A DNA stretch of 64,000 nucleotides, from NCBI GenBank assembly GCA_012295275.1, contig CM022677.1, forward strand, positions 11,036,001 to 11,100,000, in the 5' to 3' direction. The notes under the pieces were generated by a model that was not told where the DNA came from, did no database searches, and saw only the letters and a program-made list of their open reading frames with translations. The DNA comes from Chrysomallon squamiferum (taxonomy: Eukaryota > Animalia > Mollusca). This document shows, in pieces, positions 40,121 through 53,270 of this stretch. Each line of letters begins with the position of its first letter. The stretch's first letter is position 1. A program made the position numbers and the translations under genes.

Positions 40121-41185
40121 CTGAAATTATATTTTTGTTGTTAGAACTATTTCTATTTTTATTTTATTTTTTATTGCAGTAAACTTTCCTTTTTTTTTTT
40201 TTTTTTTTTTTTTTTTCACATATACATTCTATCTGTAGTTTCTTTTTACTCTACTGCTAGTAACAAAAGGATAAGTACTCCTGCGTTATTCGAGTTATCG
40301 GCAGAAAATTAGGTTATGCATATTCGTTTATTTTTTTATCCATCTGAAGACACTGTTTGTACCAGTAAGTCTATTTTACACGTGTACACTAGTGTGAAAT
40401 TTATAAATTTATTAAAATGTTCTAAAGAAGATTCCCACTGAGCTACTGCGAGTTAGTTCTAGTTCAGAAATATGATTTACAGTGAAACTAGAAAATCGGG
40501 GAGCGTCGTGGGTACGACCTCCATTTCCATATTTCTTATGTTTTATGCATCTTCAGCATAACTTAATGAAAAATAAATACATAAAATAAAAACGAATTTA
40601 ACTTGTCTCATTAGATTTTATTATCATTTAGTGCATTTTTAGAAATGCATTTTGTAGTAATTATTGTAGATATATAGCATTTGTAGTTTAGTTCCCTTTA
40701 ATATTAATAGCATCCTTAATAAAAATGTATTATTAATTAGTTATTTCTGTCATTGTCATTATTGTAATTTTATTATTACTTTTTTATTCGTTTATTTATA
40801 AATTTATTATTAATTTATTATTGTCATTATTGTAATTCATATATCACTTTTAATATTATTTTATTATTTATTAAACTTTAAAAAAAATAAAGATTTTAGA
40901 TTTTTATTCAAATAGACATAAACTGATAATTTACACAATTATTATTACTTTTGAATTTACATTAATATTGCTTGATTTGCTTGTAATACAGTTTAATAGA
41001 ATTTTCTAATTAATTGATATACAAGACATTAGATGTTTTATACTAATAAATATAAACTATGTAGAAATTAATATAAATATGTTTTTGTTTGTGTTTTTGT
41101 GAATATTAGTGTAAGTTTGTGCTTGTTTAGTCAGAAACACAAATGCACATACACACATACACAAATGTGCACAAGCATGCACATG

Positions 41186-41219
<34 letters not shown>

Positions 41220-41794
41220 AGTTTTAAATTTTTAATTCTGTACATATTTAAATATTTAAATATTACTGTTATAATTGTTGAGTCTTCCATGAAATAAATA
41301 TTTGATAACAACACTTTTTATTCCATTTAAAATTTATTTTAATTTGAAAAATTTACTATTTCATTCACTATTATTCCTTATCATTTCGTTAACTTGAAAA
41401 TTTGTATTTACTTCTATATATATATTCCTTTGTTTCCTTTTGAGTAATATTTAAGAATGAATACCCCAATTATTTATTTATCCATTTGTTAGTTTATTAT
41501 TATTATTATTATTATTATTAATTTATGATATTATAAGCAACTGACCATGGATAATAATTTTCATAACATAAGGGAAATAACTCTCTTTTGATAAAACTTA
41601 TATTGTTAAAACATATGAAATAAATAAAGAAAGCAAATACAATTTCCCATCCAAATTAAAAACAAAATCAATAATAATTAACACCCTGAAAACAATTTTA
41701 TATCTCTTTTTTATTTACCAAGAAACAGTAACAATGAATTAGATAATCAAATTCAACAGCAAAATTGTAACAAATATAAAAATTAATTAATTAA

Positions 41795-42632
41795 AAATAA
41801 CAAAAATATTGTAAAAAGAAAATATCATTTAACTACAGCTGTTACTAATTTATGACCTGTTTTAAATTAGTACATCGAATAATTAATTACTTTATTTAAC
41901 AGGAGCTAGTATTAAAAATTGATCTAGACATCTGTTTTTTAATTAAAGTTTACTAAATAAATTGATTTAATGCTTTATCTTCTGAGTTTATATTTTATTT
42001 TGTGCAGACATAAATGCATGCACTCATATAACACAAGTAAAAGACACTAAAAAAACTAACACATATACAAACATTACAATACTCACACAACAGAAAATAT
42101 ACACACAAACATTCACTTAGGCAAAACTGACACAAACAGACATTTCAACATACATACAGACACATACACCAAAACACACACACACACACCCACACACACA
42201 CAACTACAGGCACACATATCTGCAGAGACATACTAATGTACATACTGACACACATCTTCACACATACAGTGCAGAACATAAATGTAATACATAATAACTG
42301 ATACTATCAAAAACACTTCTTATAATAATTGGCCTATGAAAACAACAAAGATAAAGATAAAACTTTGACAAAAAAAATCTAATAAAAATATGATTTCCTT
42401 TATAAACTTTGATCTGTGTATTTTATCAGCACATAAATATCTGTATGACTGTGAGTGAATTAACAGCATATTTTATAATGTTTGTTTTGTGTTTTTTACA
42501 AATAACAAAAATATCATAAAAAGAAAATATAATTTAACTACATCTGTTACTAATTTATCACCTGTTTTAAATTAGTACATCGAATAATTAATTACTTTAT
42601 TTAACAGGAGCTAGTATTAAAAATTGATCTAG
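41795..42632. repeat. Two ~133-bp near-identical direct repeats (41795-41927, 42500-42632)
   Basis: ctgttttaaattagtacatcgaataattaattactttatttaacaggagctagtattaaaaattgatctag is identical in both. Confidence 0.9.
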
Positions 42633-43473
42633 CAATTATACTATTCCTGTGTATCAGCAAATGTGGAATAGAGCATTAAAAAATTAATAGTACGACTGTT
42701 TCAATTACAACTACTGTTCCTACTGCACCTCTATTAAAACTACATAGCTGCTATTATTATTATTACTACTGCTGCTATTACTACCTACTACAACTACAGT
42801 TGTGATAACTCCTTTACCACACTACTACATTAGCTTTTATTATCACTATCCTACACTCACACACACAGTATTATCAGGGTAGCAATTATCACTATTACTG
42901 ATACACTCACAAACAAACTGACGCACATACTATTATGAGAGTAGCAATTATCACAATTGATGAAACACTGACACACACACTTATCAGAGTAGAAATTATC
43001 ACTATTACTGATAGTCACACATACTATCACTACTGCTGATACACACACACACACACACTTTTATCACAGTAGAAATGATCACTATTGCTGATATACACAC
43101 ATACATACTATTAGCAGTTATCACTATTGGTGATACACCCACACATACTATCTCTGTCAATCATCTTTCAATTTCTTCAAATGGTAGCTTTCAAGTTAAC
43201 TTCCAACATTCTTTATGAAAACAACTTCAAGCTGGAACCTGCTTGTTGTCTATCTGTAAATATCATTGATTATTTTCATTTCTTCTGCACTAATCTGTAA
43301 TGTAGAACCGCACAGAGCTTTTGTAAGTGTCCTTAGTCATTATAGTGGAAGTTGTTTTACTGCCTTCCTGATAAAACCAAGAATCATCCACTGTTAACTA
43401 CTGGAAATAAACAGTTTAAATCCACAGTTTAGTACATTGCTGACACATCTCATTGGTGGATGCCTAGTCTGAG

Positions 43474-43504
<31 letters not shown>

Positions 43505-43687
43505 AATATAAAATACTGCTACTACTGCATTTACTGCAATCACTATTTGTATAGCCATCATTACTATAACTACTATTTACTATTATTTCTTATTCAGCTA
43601 GGATTAGTTATTGAAATAATACTCCTATTACTAAAATTACTATCAATTAATAATAAAAATGATATTTTTTACTCTCTTCACTATTAC

Positions 43688-43764
<77 letters not shown>

Positions 43765-44182
43765 CATATTCAACAACAAAAAAGAAAACCAGGTCTAATA
43801 TGAATTTTGTTGATTAACTAGTTATTAAGACTCATATATTTAACATGCAACAACCTGATTCAGTATTTTATTTACAAACATTGTGCTCTTAAACAAACCA
43901 TGAAAACTGAGAGACTGCAGACAATAGAAACTCTAGACAACAGCTACAGTACATCCATCTCCAGTGTATTTTAGTGTGTCTGTCATCACAGGAACAGTGA
44001 CACTGTGTGAAGGCTGACAGTTCCAGTCTGGTAACAGGAAAGTTAAATATTTTAAAATACTCATAAAATATTATACTTCTTCTTCTTTTATTTTAAAATA
44101 TAGAAATTTACAACAAAAGAATCTGGTTTATATGAATGGATCTGTTGTGTTGTGTTTGTGTGTTTGTGTGTGCGTGTGTTGT

Positions 44183-44225
<43 letters not shown>

Positions 44226-45041
44226 GAATTAAAATGCAGTGTATAATACAAGATTCTAATGTATGTACATGTGTACTTACTGGTACATGTTACAAAATGC
44301 AACTTCCTACATTAATTTAAATTAAACTTCATTAGGTTTAGAATAATGAGAAATACATAAGAAAAACTAGTAATTCACTTGTTCAGGTTTTTTTTCTCTT
44401 TTCCAGTGGCAGCAAACTTTATCTTCAGTGCTGGACAGCACCTTCTACTGAAACAACTAACTAGCAAACCTCAACATCAATTATGTGCAAACTGAAAAAA
44501 AAATAAAATGAAATAAAATAATAAAAATAATAAACTGTTATAAATAAAAAGCTAACGTTTCTGTTATTATTAAAATTAAAATTTTGCTGTTATCAGTTAC
44601 TGGATTATTCAGACATAAAGAGGTGTTGGATATGTTCAATATACTTTGTATAATCATTATAATGATAATGATGATAATGGTAATAATTTAAATAATTAAC
44701 AAAACAACAGGAAACAAATGATTATTATTATGCTGTTTTACAATCAGTGAAGAGTTGTTACTATAAAACTTATTTTACTTACTAAGAAACAAAAATAAGA
44801 TTAAAAAACTTACAACTTGGAATTGTGCAGTCTGCAGTGTCTGTACAGCTGATTCATCCTTCTCCATAATGTAAATTCCCTTTCTAGACAACAACTGAAC
44901 AATACTGCAAAAGTATATTTAACATCAACAGTAAACAATGTTTTTAGCAATTCCAACATGAACATAATACATTTTTTTTTATCAATCTACATTTGTCTGG
45001 TTAGTGCATATGTTATTTTGATTATTATCATTCATGCAATA

Positions 45042-45104
<63 letters not shown>

Positions 45105-45134
45105 TAATTATGTATATATATTTATATATATATA

Positions 45135-45175
<41 letters not shown>

Positions 45176-45198
45176 AACTAATAAAACATACCCTGCCA

Positions 45199-45376
45199 CT
45201 ATTGAGAGGTTTCAGTCCTTCGATTCATCAGTGAGGTGAAACATCTCATGAATGCTGCCTTCCCGAGTCTCTGTCTGATCTTGTTCTGTTGCAGATACAG
45301 CCTCTGATGGTGTCGTTTCTGTTGTTTTTCTAATGTTGACGTGCATGGTAGTGTTAATGATACCTTTTTACCAATA
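45199..45376 (-). CDS. Candidate terminal exon spliced to the MCC copy, ending RRTETSQ*; weak or no homology to the MCC C-terminus
   Basis: A ctttctag acceptor, phase-compatible with the preceding exon and open to TAG at 45199-45201. Confidence 0.3.
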
Positions 45377-46170
45377 CTAGAAAGAGAATTTACTTTATGG
45401 AGATATGCTGGTAATCAGTCAAAATATAAGTAAAATATGAAGAAATATAAAATTATAATATATTTTGTTACAAAAATACTAATGATATCAAAGTAAAATT
45501 AAAAAGCTATATAACTATTATGTAAATTTGGTTTAAAAAAGTAAAATCATATTAGTGATTTATGAAATAAAGTGAAATAATAAGATGTAAAATTAAATTA
45601 TTTATTTAACAAAAATACTAATGATAATAAAGACATTATAGAACAAAAAATAAAGTGAAATAAAAATATGTAATATTAGATACCTCAGTCATGTTACAGA
45701 AATACTAACGCTATCATCAAAGCAGAAAATAAAGTTAGATATGTAATTTATATTAAAAATATATAAATGTTAATAAGAACAATACCAGTAAAAGTGATTT
45801 TAATACTAAACAAAAAATCTTGCAAAAAAATGCAATAAAAAGGAAAAAATAAAATCAATGACAGATTTATAATATTCACATAATAAGCTTAGTATTAAAA
45901 TGTTTCTAAATATAATTTGAATGTTTGAAAATGTTTGTATGTGTGTTTGCTTGGGTAAGTATATATGTAATGCAAACATTTGTACACCAATAAAAAGGAA
46001 ATCAATGACATTATGGCAGTTTAGGTTATAATAATAGGTTTAGTATTAAAATGTCTCTAAATATTATTTGAACTTATGTTTGAAATTTGTGTATGTGTTT
46101 GCATGAGCAAGTGTGTACGTATGCATATATGTAGATATGTGTGACGTGATGCATACACCTTTATGTTTAC

Positions 46171-46392
46171 CTGTTAGCTGGTTTCAGGTCATTGACAAAC
46201 TCTGCTGACTGCTGATGTCTGATTTCTGAGTTTTTAGAGATTTTCTCTAGAGCAGCCACTAACTCTTGTACTCTGAATTTGAGTCGTTTTTTCTCTTCTG
46301 AGTGACTCACACAGGTCCTGAGCTATCTCCATCACATCATTCAATCTCAACTCACAGATAGCTCGCACTGTCAGCTCATCATCTTCATCATC
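46171..46392 (-). CDS. MCC: MCC exon (…RREK[+1]RLKFRVQELVAALEKISKNSEIRHQQSAEFVNDLKPANS)
   Basis: Strong motif match and AG/GT boundaries; one extra A in an A-run. Confidence 0.85.
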
Positions 46393-47257
46393 CTGATGAT
46401 AAATGACTAGTCATTTAGAACTTTAGTAATTATAAAAGCTATGAAATTATCATCTTTCACATGATGATAATCAATGAAAACTTGATTATAATAATAGAAT
46501 TAAAATTGTAATGATTTATATCAATAGAATTATCATAAATAATTATCAGATTAAATGATTGAAACTCAGTTATATAATAAAATTAGAATTATGAATGTTG
46601 TCTGTTCCTTAATTTAACACCTTGATGAATCAAAATTTAAAACATTTAAAAATTTAATAATTAAAAGGTTTTCAATTAATTATTATCATAACAATACATT
46701 TAAAATTTTAAAAGTAATTATGAAAAAGAGTATCAGTGGTTATGGCATACAAAATCAGTATTATGAGATAACCTATCATTATTACCTATTATTATTACAT
46801 TCTGTTACACTCAGTATTCTTAGAAAGATACAATTTAAAATTATAAGAAAGAACTATGATAAACAGTATCAGTAGTTATGATTCAATGATCTATACAGTA
46901 AGTTTGTATTATTTGGTTTTCTCTGTTTATATGAACAAGTCACTTTGTTTATATACTATTTACATAATGAAATAAACACACATATTCTATAAATATTATT
47001 TAGATTTTTTCTCTTTTTAAATCAGGTTTAAAACACACAAATATGTGATAAATAATAAAATTAATAATGTGACATATCTACTGTGTATGTTATTATTATA
47101 TTTGGTGCCCCCCTGTTTATATAATTATATCTGACTAACTACTAGATGAAGTAAGAGAAAATCACATGTTTGTATTTGCCCAGTCTGTTTATATAATTAT
47201 ATATATATATATCTAACTTAGAAGAGATAAAGTGATAGATAAAACAGAGATAATCAC

Positions 47258-47437
47258 ATGTTTGTGTTTGCCGTCTCTGCCCAGTCTCTGCTGGTGCTCT
47301 GAGATCTCACACTTGAGATGCTCTATCTGTACTCTGTAGGCCTGCTCCTGTGACTCCTTACCACTCAATCTCAACTCCAGAGCTCTCTTCTCCTTCTCCA
47401 TCAAGTAGTTCTGAGCCTTCAGCTCTGCCTTCTCTTC
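47258..47437 (-). CDS. MCC: MCC exon (EEKAELKAQNYLMEKEKRALELRLSGKESQEQAYRVQIEHLK…)
   Basis: A tttttcag acceptor and motif match; the donor position is approximate. Confidence 0.88.
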
Positions 47438-47897
47438 CTGAAAAACAAAATTACAACAAGGTGAGTAAATTGAGTCTGACCAGAATTCAGAAAATATTTT
47501 AATACAAATAGAACATGTTTCAAAATAAAGACCAAAGTGTCATTAATAAAATCAAAAAAACAGAAATACTAGTTAATAGAGTACAAGACATCAAGGTAGT
47601 TTTAATAATATGCTATTCCAATGTTAAGAACAAATCTGTCTAGAATCCCAGAAAATATTTTTAAATACAGAGAAAGAACATAATAATAAATATAAAACAA
47701 AGTCCAAAGTGTTATTAGTAATAGAATATGAAAAGAAATAATACAACACAAAAATATATTAATTTATTCAAATTGTTAAAAACACAAACACAATCAGAGA
47801 AGACTCCTGTTCACAAATAATAATGGGTTATTCTCTTTTAAGATTATATATCAAGGAATTTTTATACAGACAGAACAACACATTTAGTAACACTGAC

Positions 47898-48132
47898 CTT
47901 CATAGCCATCAGCTCCTGCATTAACACAGCATTTTCCAAATCCAGTCTTTGAGCTTCTGGAGTTTTCTTGGGTTCATCAAGCAGAGGATCAAAGTGTAAA
48001 CTCTCCAGCTCCATGACGGTCATTCTGACTGCTGCCCGGTCATTCTTCAGTGACTGAATGTACTCAAGCAGTCTCTGTTCATCAAGTTTGGTGAAGTCAG
48101 GGTCCACTGAGCTGGCCGTAGAACTGGACATG
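47898..48132 (-). CDS. MCC: MCC exon (SSTASSVDPDFTKLDEQRL…KNDRAAV…RLDLENAVLMQELMAMK)
   Basis: A highly conserved MCC segment with AG/GT boundaries. Confidence 0.93.
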
Positions 48133-48822
48133 CTGGACAAGTCAAAATGTAAAGTTGGTTTGGTAAAGATTATCACTAGTCATGGAAAAGTCAGTTAATC
48201 AACTTGAAGTTTATAATTCTGTAAGTTAGGTAAAATCCTTTTAGAAAGATAGTTAATGCAAAGTCCAGTTAATTACAGCATAGACTTTAATATACTACAA
48301 AATCTAAATTTATCTTAGTAAGAAAAAAAACCCAGTTAGATGCTATGTTTTTTTTACTTAAAGTCGATTTTGGGTAATAAAAGAAATAACAAAGGTATAA
48401 AAATAGATTCCAATAAAGAACAAAATAAAGATAATTTAGATATAAAAACACAATTACTTTAAGTATTCAAAACAATGTAGATTAAATTCAATACAAAGGT
48501 ATTGTCTCTGTTTTTGAAGGTAAAAAAATACAGTCCATTTAAATATAAAGTCATTTTAAATACTGAAAAACAAACTATTAATGTATAAAATACAGTCAAT
48601 TTCAGTATTAAACTTTAAGAGAATAGTTAAAATGCTAAAGACAAAATCTTATTAGACAGAAAAGCAATTACAGTAAAGTATAAAACAGAGTCAAAGTAGA
48701 ATAGCAGATGTAATCTTGAAGTACTGAAAAAAAAGTGTATTAATTAACAAAGTTAGTTTCAGTATTAAAAAAAATAAAAATAAAAATAATGGAAAACAAA
48801 AAGACTTCAAGTAAAGCATCAC

Positions 48823-49006
48823 CTTGCAGTTCTGCTGTTAGAAGAGAGATCTTTCCAGGGGTGAGAAGTACAGGGTGTGGTGTGAACTCCACAGCTTCTG
48901 TCCAGTTTGTGAAGTAGATGTTGAGCCACGCCTTCAGCAGACTTCCTCGAGAGATGAGCTCTCTGTAGTATAGACATCACCTCCACCTGACCCTCACACT
49001 CCTTTA
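48823..49006 (-). CDS. MCC: MCC exon (…ILQRAHLSRKSAEGVAQHLLHKLDRSCG…PWKDLSSNSRTA)
   Basis: Motif match and phase-consistent splice sites. Confidence 0.9.
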
Positions 49007-49489
49007 CTGAAATTAACATTGAAATTAAATATACATTTAGTAAAATTAGCATACAGACTTATTGGAGTTAGCATACAACACTAACATGCACAGATGTTAA
49101 AAATTAACTCCTTTCAGCATCTGTACATTTGGCTAATTTCAGTGTCTATGTATTAACAGCTACAGATACTGAAAGATAACATTACACATACAGAAAAGTA
49201 AATGAGATTAAATCCTTCTAACTGAAATGAAATACATGCTTACTGAAAATTCTTTAGATGCTGAATTTTAAATGATAAATAAATGTACATGCATGTGCAC
49301 ACACACGCACGCACAGATACAAACATATATGCTCATTCTGAAATAATCACTAATACTGAAATGGTAGATATATACACACACACACATACAAAAATTAACT
49401 TCATTTACATATAAAAAAGAATGAATTTCAGTGATGTAGCAATTATTGAAATAATATATTTTAAAATAAGAATTTTAGTTGTAACTTAC

Positions 49490-49739
49490 CCAGACTTCCA
49501 AGTCCTGCAGCTCTACTGTTAGCTAACAAAACTCCCATCTCACTCTCCAGCAGAACACACAACACTTCATACACCTCTATCATCTGATCAGAGTAGTTAA
49601 TAGCCAACTGCAGCGCTGTGTTGTTAGACTCATACTTCCCCATCAACACCGTCAACCTCTCCAAGTAAGACTTGCTCTCATTCATTGAGGTGGCAATTTT
49701 TCTCTGAAGTCTTTCAAACTCAATTTCAAACTCTTTCAC
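49490..49739 (-). CDS. MCC: MCC exon (KEFEIEFERL…MGKYESNNTALQLAINYSDQMIEVY…RAAGLGSL), apparently with a ~10-aa internal deletion and no clear acceptor
   Basis: Motif match and a G|GTAAGT donor. Confidence 0.88.
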
Positions 49740-50424
49740 TTCAGTTTAAAATCAGTTAAATTCATATCAGATGTCATGAAAAATATATCAACGACTTATT
49801 CTGTGTTATTGTTTAAGAATCTATTTATTTTAGATAATTTGAAACAGAATTGCCCAAGGGCCCAAAAATAAGGTTAAAAATCAGATTTATGAGAAATAAT
49901 GAGTAATTCTGTGTTATTGTTAAAAATGTATTTATTTTGGCGATTTGATTTTGAATGATTGTAGTTGGGAAACATTTGTAAGTTTAAAAATCAGTTAAAT
50001 TCATATTTAAAATTTGAAAAATAATGTCAGTCATTCATTTTTCTGTCAGTTTTATTTTTTCTGAGGTAATATGACTTGGAATTACCACCATAAAAAACCC
50101 ATTAATAAATTAACATATCATACTGGAAATTATGAAAAATATGTCTATTTTTTCCTTCATATTTTTGCCAGTTAAATAACATCTGTGAATTAAAACATCA
50201 GTTAAGTTTCTACTGTAAATTATGAAAATACACTGTCAGTATATTCCAATTTAACATTTAAAAGTGTTAAGCATTAGTTATAAATTTGTTAAAATATTAT
50301 GCTAGTGTGTTTTATGTGGTTATGTAACATTAGCAAGTTCAAACATTTTGTAATTTTCCAGTGAAGTTACATTCCAGCACAGGAAACATCACTGTGCATA
50401 TAAATGATGTTAAATGAGATTTAC

Positions 50425-50514
50425 CCCAAGGGAGGTAATTTCAGCAACAAGAATCTGTCTGTCTCCAGCACACATTTTTAGTTTCTTCAGTTCTGCTATT
50501 TTAGCTACAGGAAA
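50425..50514 (-). CDS. MCC: MCC exon (FPVAKIAELKKLKMCAGDRQILVAEITSLG)
   Basis: 90 nt with AG/GT ends; matches PIAKIAE…DRPVLGSEISSIG. Confidence 0.85.
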
Positions 50515-50826
50515 CTGTGAATTAATAAATAAATCAATCAATAGAATATTACATAAATACTTAAACAATAAATACACTTTCAAATATTTTTAATAGGCAA
50601 ATAAGCAGCAAATGGAAAGAAATGGATGTATAAAGAAAAAATAATATATATGTATATATGATAGTTTTGTATTTTTTCAAATATTATTTATATATATGTA
50701 TTAAACATTTTTTGTATTTTCTCAACATTCCATATATAAAAAAATAAACACAACATACACACTGTCTATCTCCACTGATTCCCTTATAGTGATATGCAAT
50801 AAAGATGAGAAACAAAATAAGAAATG

Positions 50827-51080
50827 TTTATTTATACCTCTCTTCTGTGTTAGGAGTTACTTTAGTTACATGGAACATAAATGAATGACAATATGACAAA
50901 TATTTATTTATACCTCTCTTCTGTGTTAGGAGTTACTTTAGTTACATGGAACATAAATGAATGACAATATAACAAATATTTATTTATACCTCTCTTCTGT
51001 GTTAGAAGTTACTTTAGTTACATGGAACATAAAAGAATGACAATATGACAAATATTTATTTACACCTCTCTCGTGTTAGG
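50827..51080. repeat. 76-bp tandem repeat, about 3.3 copies, overlapping an MCC donor site
   Basis: (t/c)acctctc anchors at 50835, 50911, 50987 and 51063. Confidence 0.9.
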
Positions 51081-51173
51081 ATTCACTTGTGACTTTGTTG
51101 GTGTTGATGTTTGATTGTTCATGGGACTAGAAGACAAATCTGTCAGAGGTAATTTATCCTGTAACACTTTCAA
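51066..51173 (-). CDS. MCC: MCC exon (LKVLQDKLPLTDLSSSPMNNQTSTPTKSQVNPNTRE)
   Basis: 108 nt, open, AG/GT ends and positional homology. Confidence 0.7.
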
Positions 51174-51420
51174 CTGTAACAAAAATGTAATAATTTTCCT
51201 CTACCTTTCAATTTTAAAAAAATTTAACAGTTTATTCTGTGTCAACTGTAAGTTTCAACTGTAACAAAATGTAACAATTTATCCTCAAGCTTTTTCAACT
51301 GTAACAAAATAAAACAATTTATCCTGTAACTATTTCAACTGTAACAAAAATGTGACAATTTATTCTGTAACTTTTTCAGCAGTAAACAAAAATGTAATAA
51401 TTTATCCTTTAACTATTTTT
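51150..51420. repeat. Degenerate ~40-bp tandem repeat overlapping an MCC acceptor site
   Basis: Repeated aatttatcctgtaac…ttcaactgtaacaaaa. Confidence 0.75.
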
Positions 51421-51649
51421 TAAAGAAGTATATTTACTAACACCTTTACAGTACTTTTTTATGAATGTAAAATTTCATGCAGTTACTAACAATTTAACTT
51501 TCACAGAAAGACTTAATGCAGAAATTATTAACACAAGCCATACCATATAACTGAAGGAAAAAGCAGTCTCTATAATTAAGTTTTGTGTTTCAATTCTACC
51601 TAAAAATAAAAATGTAAATATAATTATTTTAATATTTATGTGGAGTTAC

Positions 51650-51896
51650 CTTTCTTTTCAACTTCTCCCTGTCATCATTGATATATTCAATATGGCTACA
51701 TAGCTGTGTAAGTTCTATTTCCTGTCTGCCTATCTGTTCTTGTAGAGCTGACCTTCATCGTTGTCTTTTTCTACGTCTTCTCTGGGACGTTGAACGAAGT
51801 TGCGATCAACATCGTGGAGAGGAAAGTCTTTTCTTTCTGCAATGGCTGACTCCAGTTCTGTGACAACTCGGGAACATTTTGCATTTATTTCATCAC
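51650..51896 (-). CDS. MCC: MCC exon with a frameshift (DEINAKCSRVVTELESAI…/…QEIELTQLCSHIEYINDDREKLKRK)
   Basis: Both halves match MCC in different frames; AG/GT boundaries. Confidence 0.75.
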
Positions 51897-52371
51897 CTAT
51901 TTTTAAAACAACCAAAAAAAAAAAACATTTATAATTATTCTCGGTTTTAATGTTGTGTATACGTTATTTAGTAATTAAAGAAAAAAACCCCCACATGAAC
52001 GAATTTTAATTTTATTTGTAAATTTAATTCTATTTTTGCTCTTCTGATCAAATTAACTGATTGAAAAAATATCTCATTTTAACTATATATTTATTTGGAA
52101 CTTTTCTTTTTAATTCCGTCATTCCTTCTAACAGTAAGAAAATGATAAAAATATATAATTTTAACTATATATTTATTTGTTACTTTCTTTTTAATGCCTT
52201 CTAGCAATAAGTAAACGAGAAAAAACAAATTATTATAATTTAATATTTAAAAAAATCCAACAAATTATAATATGTTGCTATTTATATAATAAATTAAAAT
52301 GAATAAACTTTTAAAACAATTGGACATCTATCTAAAACAGCCAAAAAATAAATATAAAAGTAAATGATTAC

Positions 52372-52448
52372 CAGGTCTCGCAGACTGGAAGCCATTTGCA
52401 TTATTCTCGTTGATACTTCCTCCATCATTGCTTTTGTCCGATCATCTT
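52372..52448 (-). CDS. MCC: Probable degenerate MCC exon (low-complexity linker)
   Basis: A G|GTAAT donor and a position between homologous exons; the entry phase gives a stop. Confidence 0.4.
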
Positions 52449-52676
52449 CTTACACAGAAATGAAAAGAAAAAAAAACAAAAACAAAAAAACGTTCAAATG
52501 TCTTTACACTTTCTGGAATTTGGTATTTTCAACAAATTCCTAGAAATTTGTTATGACAAGCCAAAACTATGTTTCATTATGAGTCCAGATATATTATATT
52601 ATTGTTTTTATTATTCATTAAAAGAAAGGAAGAACAGCAAACTCACACTAAATATTATTTAATAAAGACCACTGAC

Positions 52677-52754
52677 CTGATGACATTAATCTGGTGTCTG
52701 TCTGTTTTCTTCATCAGCTCTGCAATGACGTGTGAAGTTCAGTGACGCGTTCCT
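52677..52754 (-). CDS. MCC: MCC exon with a 1-nt deletion (EERVTELH/VIAELMKKTDRHQINVIR)
   Basis: Matches EERITELHSVIAELNKKID; a CAG|GTCAGT donor. Confidence 0.8.
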
Positions 52755-53239
52755 CTAGAATCACTAAAATATTTGAAGTTTTGAATGGTTTTTGGATATA
52801 ACAGTCTTATAGACAAATTAAAAAACATACAGTCTAAATTCTCTTAGTATTCAAAATAACAACAGACTTTTTTTTATGAATTTGTATTAGTATATACTGT
52901 ATTTATTGAACCTATGTATTCTTTGTTTTATTGTCTGCTTAAGAAAACATCATAAATAAATAATCAAATAAATGCATAAATAACCAAATAAGGCAGAAAG
53001 TAAATATATAATAAATAAAACTTTTTAAATTTAAATTTGGTCATCAGATTAACGTAAATATTTTCTAAATCTTTTCCACGAAGATAGCCAGAGTAGCTGT
53101 AAATCATCACCAAGAGTTATTGCCAAACACGTTATTTTCTAGTCAGGCTATATTCTTAGAATAACAACATTAAAATGCAGGTGGAGATTTAATTTCAGGC
53201 TAATGCTAGGACAAAAAAAAAAAAAAAATCATTTCTTAC

Positions 53240-53270
53240 CTGATCTTTTTCGGCTGTTACTTGTGCCAAC
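53240..53270 (-). CDS. MCC: Short MCC-like exon (LAQVTAEKDQ)
   Basis: A cag acceptor and CAG|GTAAGA donor; positional similarity to RLQQTERERD. Confidence 0.5.

Larger units (their letters stand above)
45199..53270 (-). pseudogene. MCC: MCC (colorectal mutant cancer protein) homologue, multi-exon, disrupted; probably a duplicated (unprocessed) pseudogene, 5' part absent
   Basis: About 11 GT-AG exons are collinear with the recalled MCC sequence (EERVTELH, PVAKIAE, MGKYESNNTAL, KNDRAAV, RLDLENAVLMQELMAMKEE, EIRHQQSAEFVNDLK). Frameshifts lie at ~52730, ~51745 and ~46290, and there are internal deletions. Confidence 0.85.
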
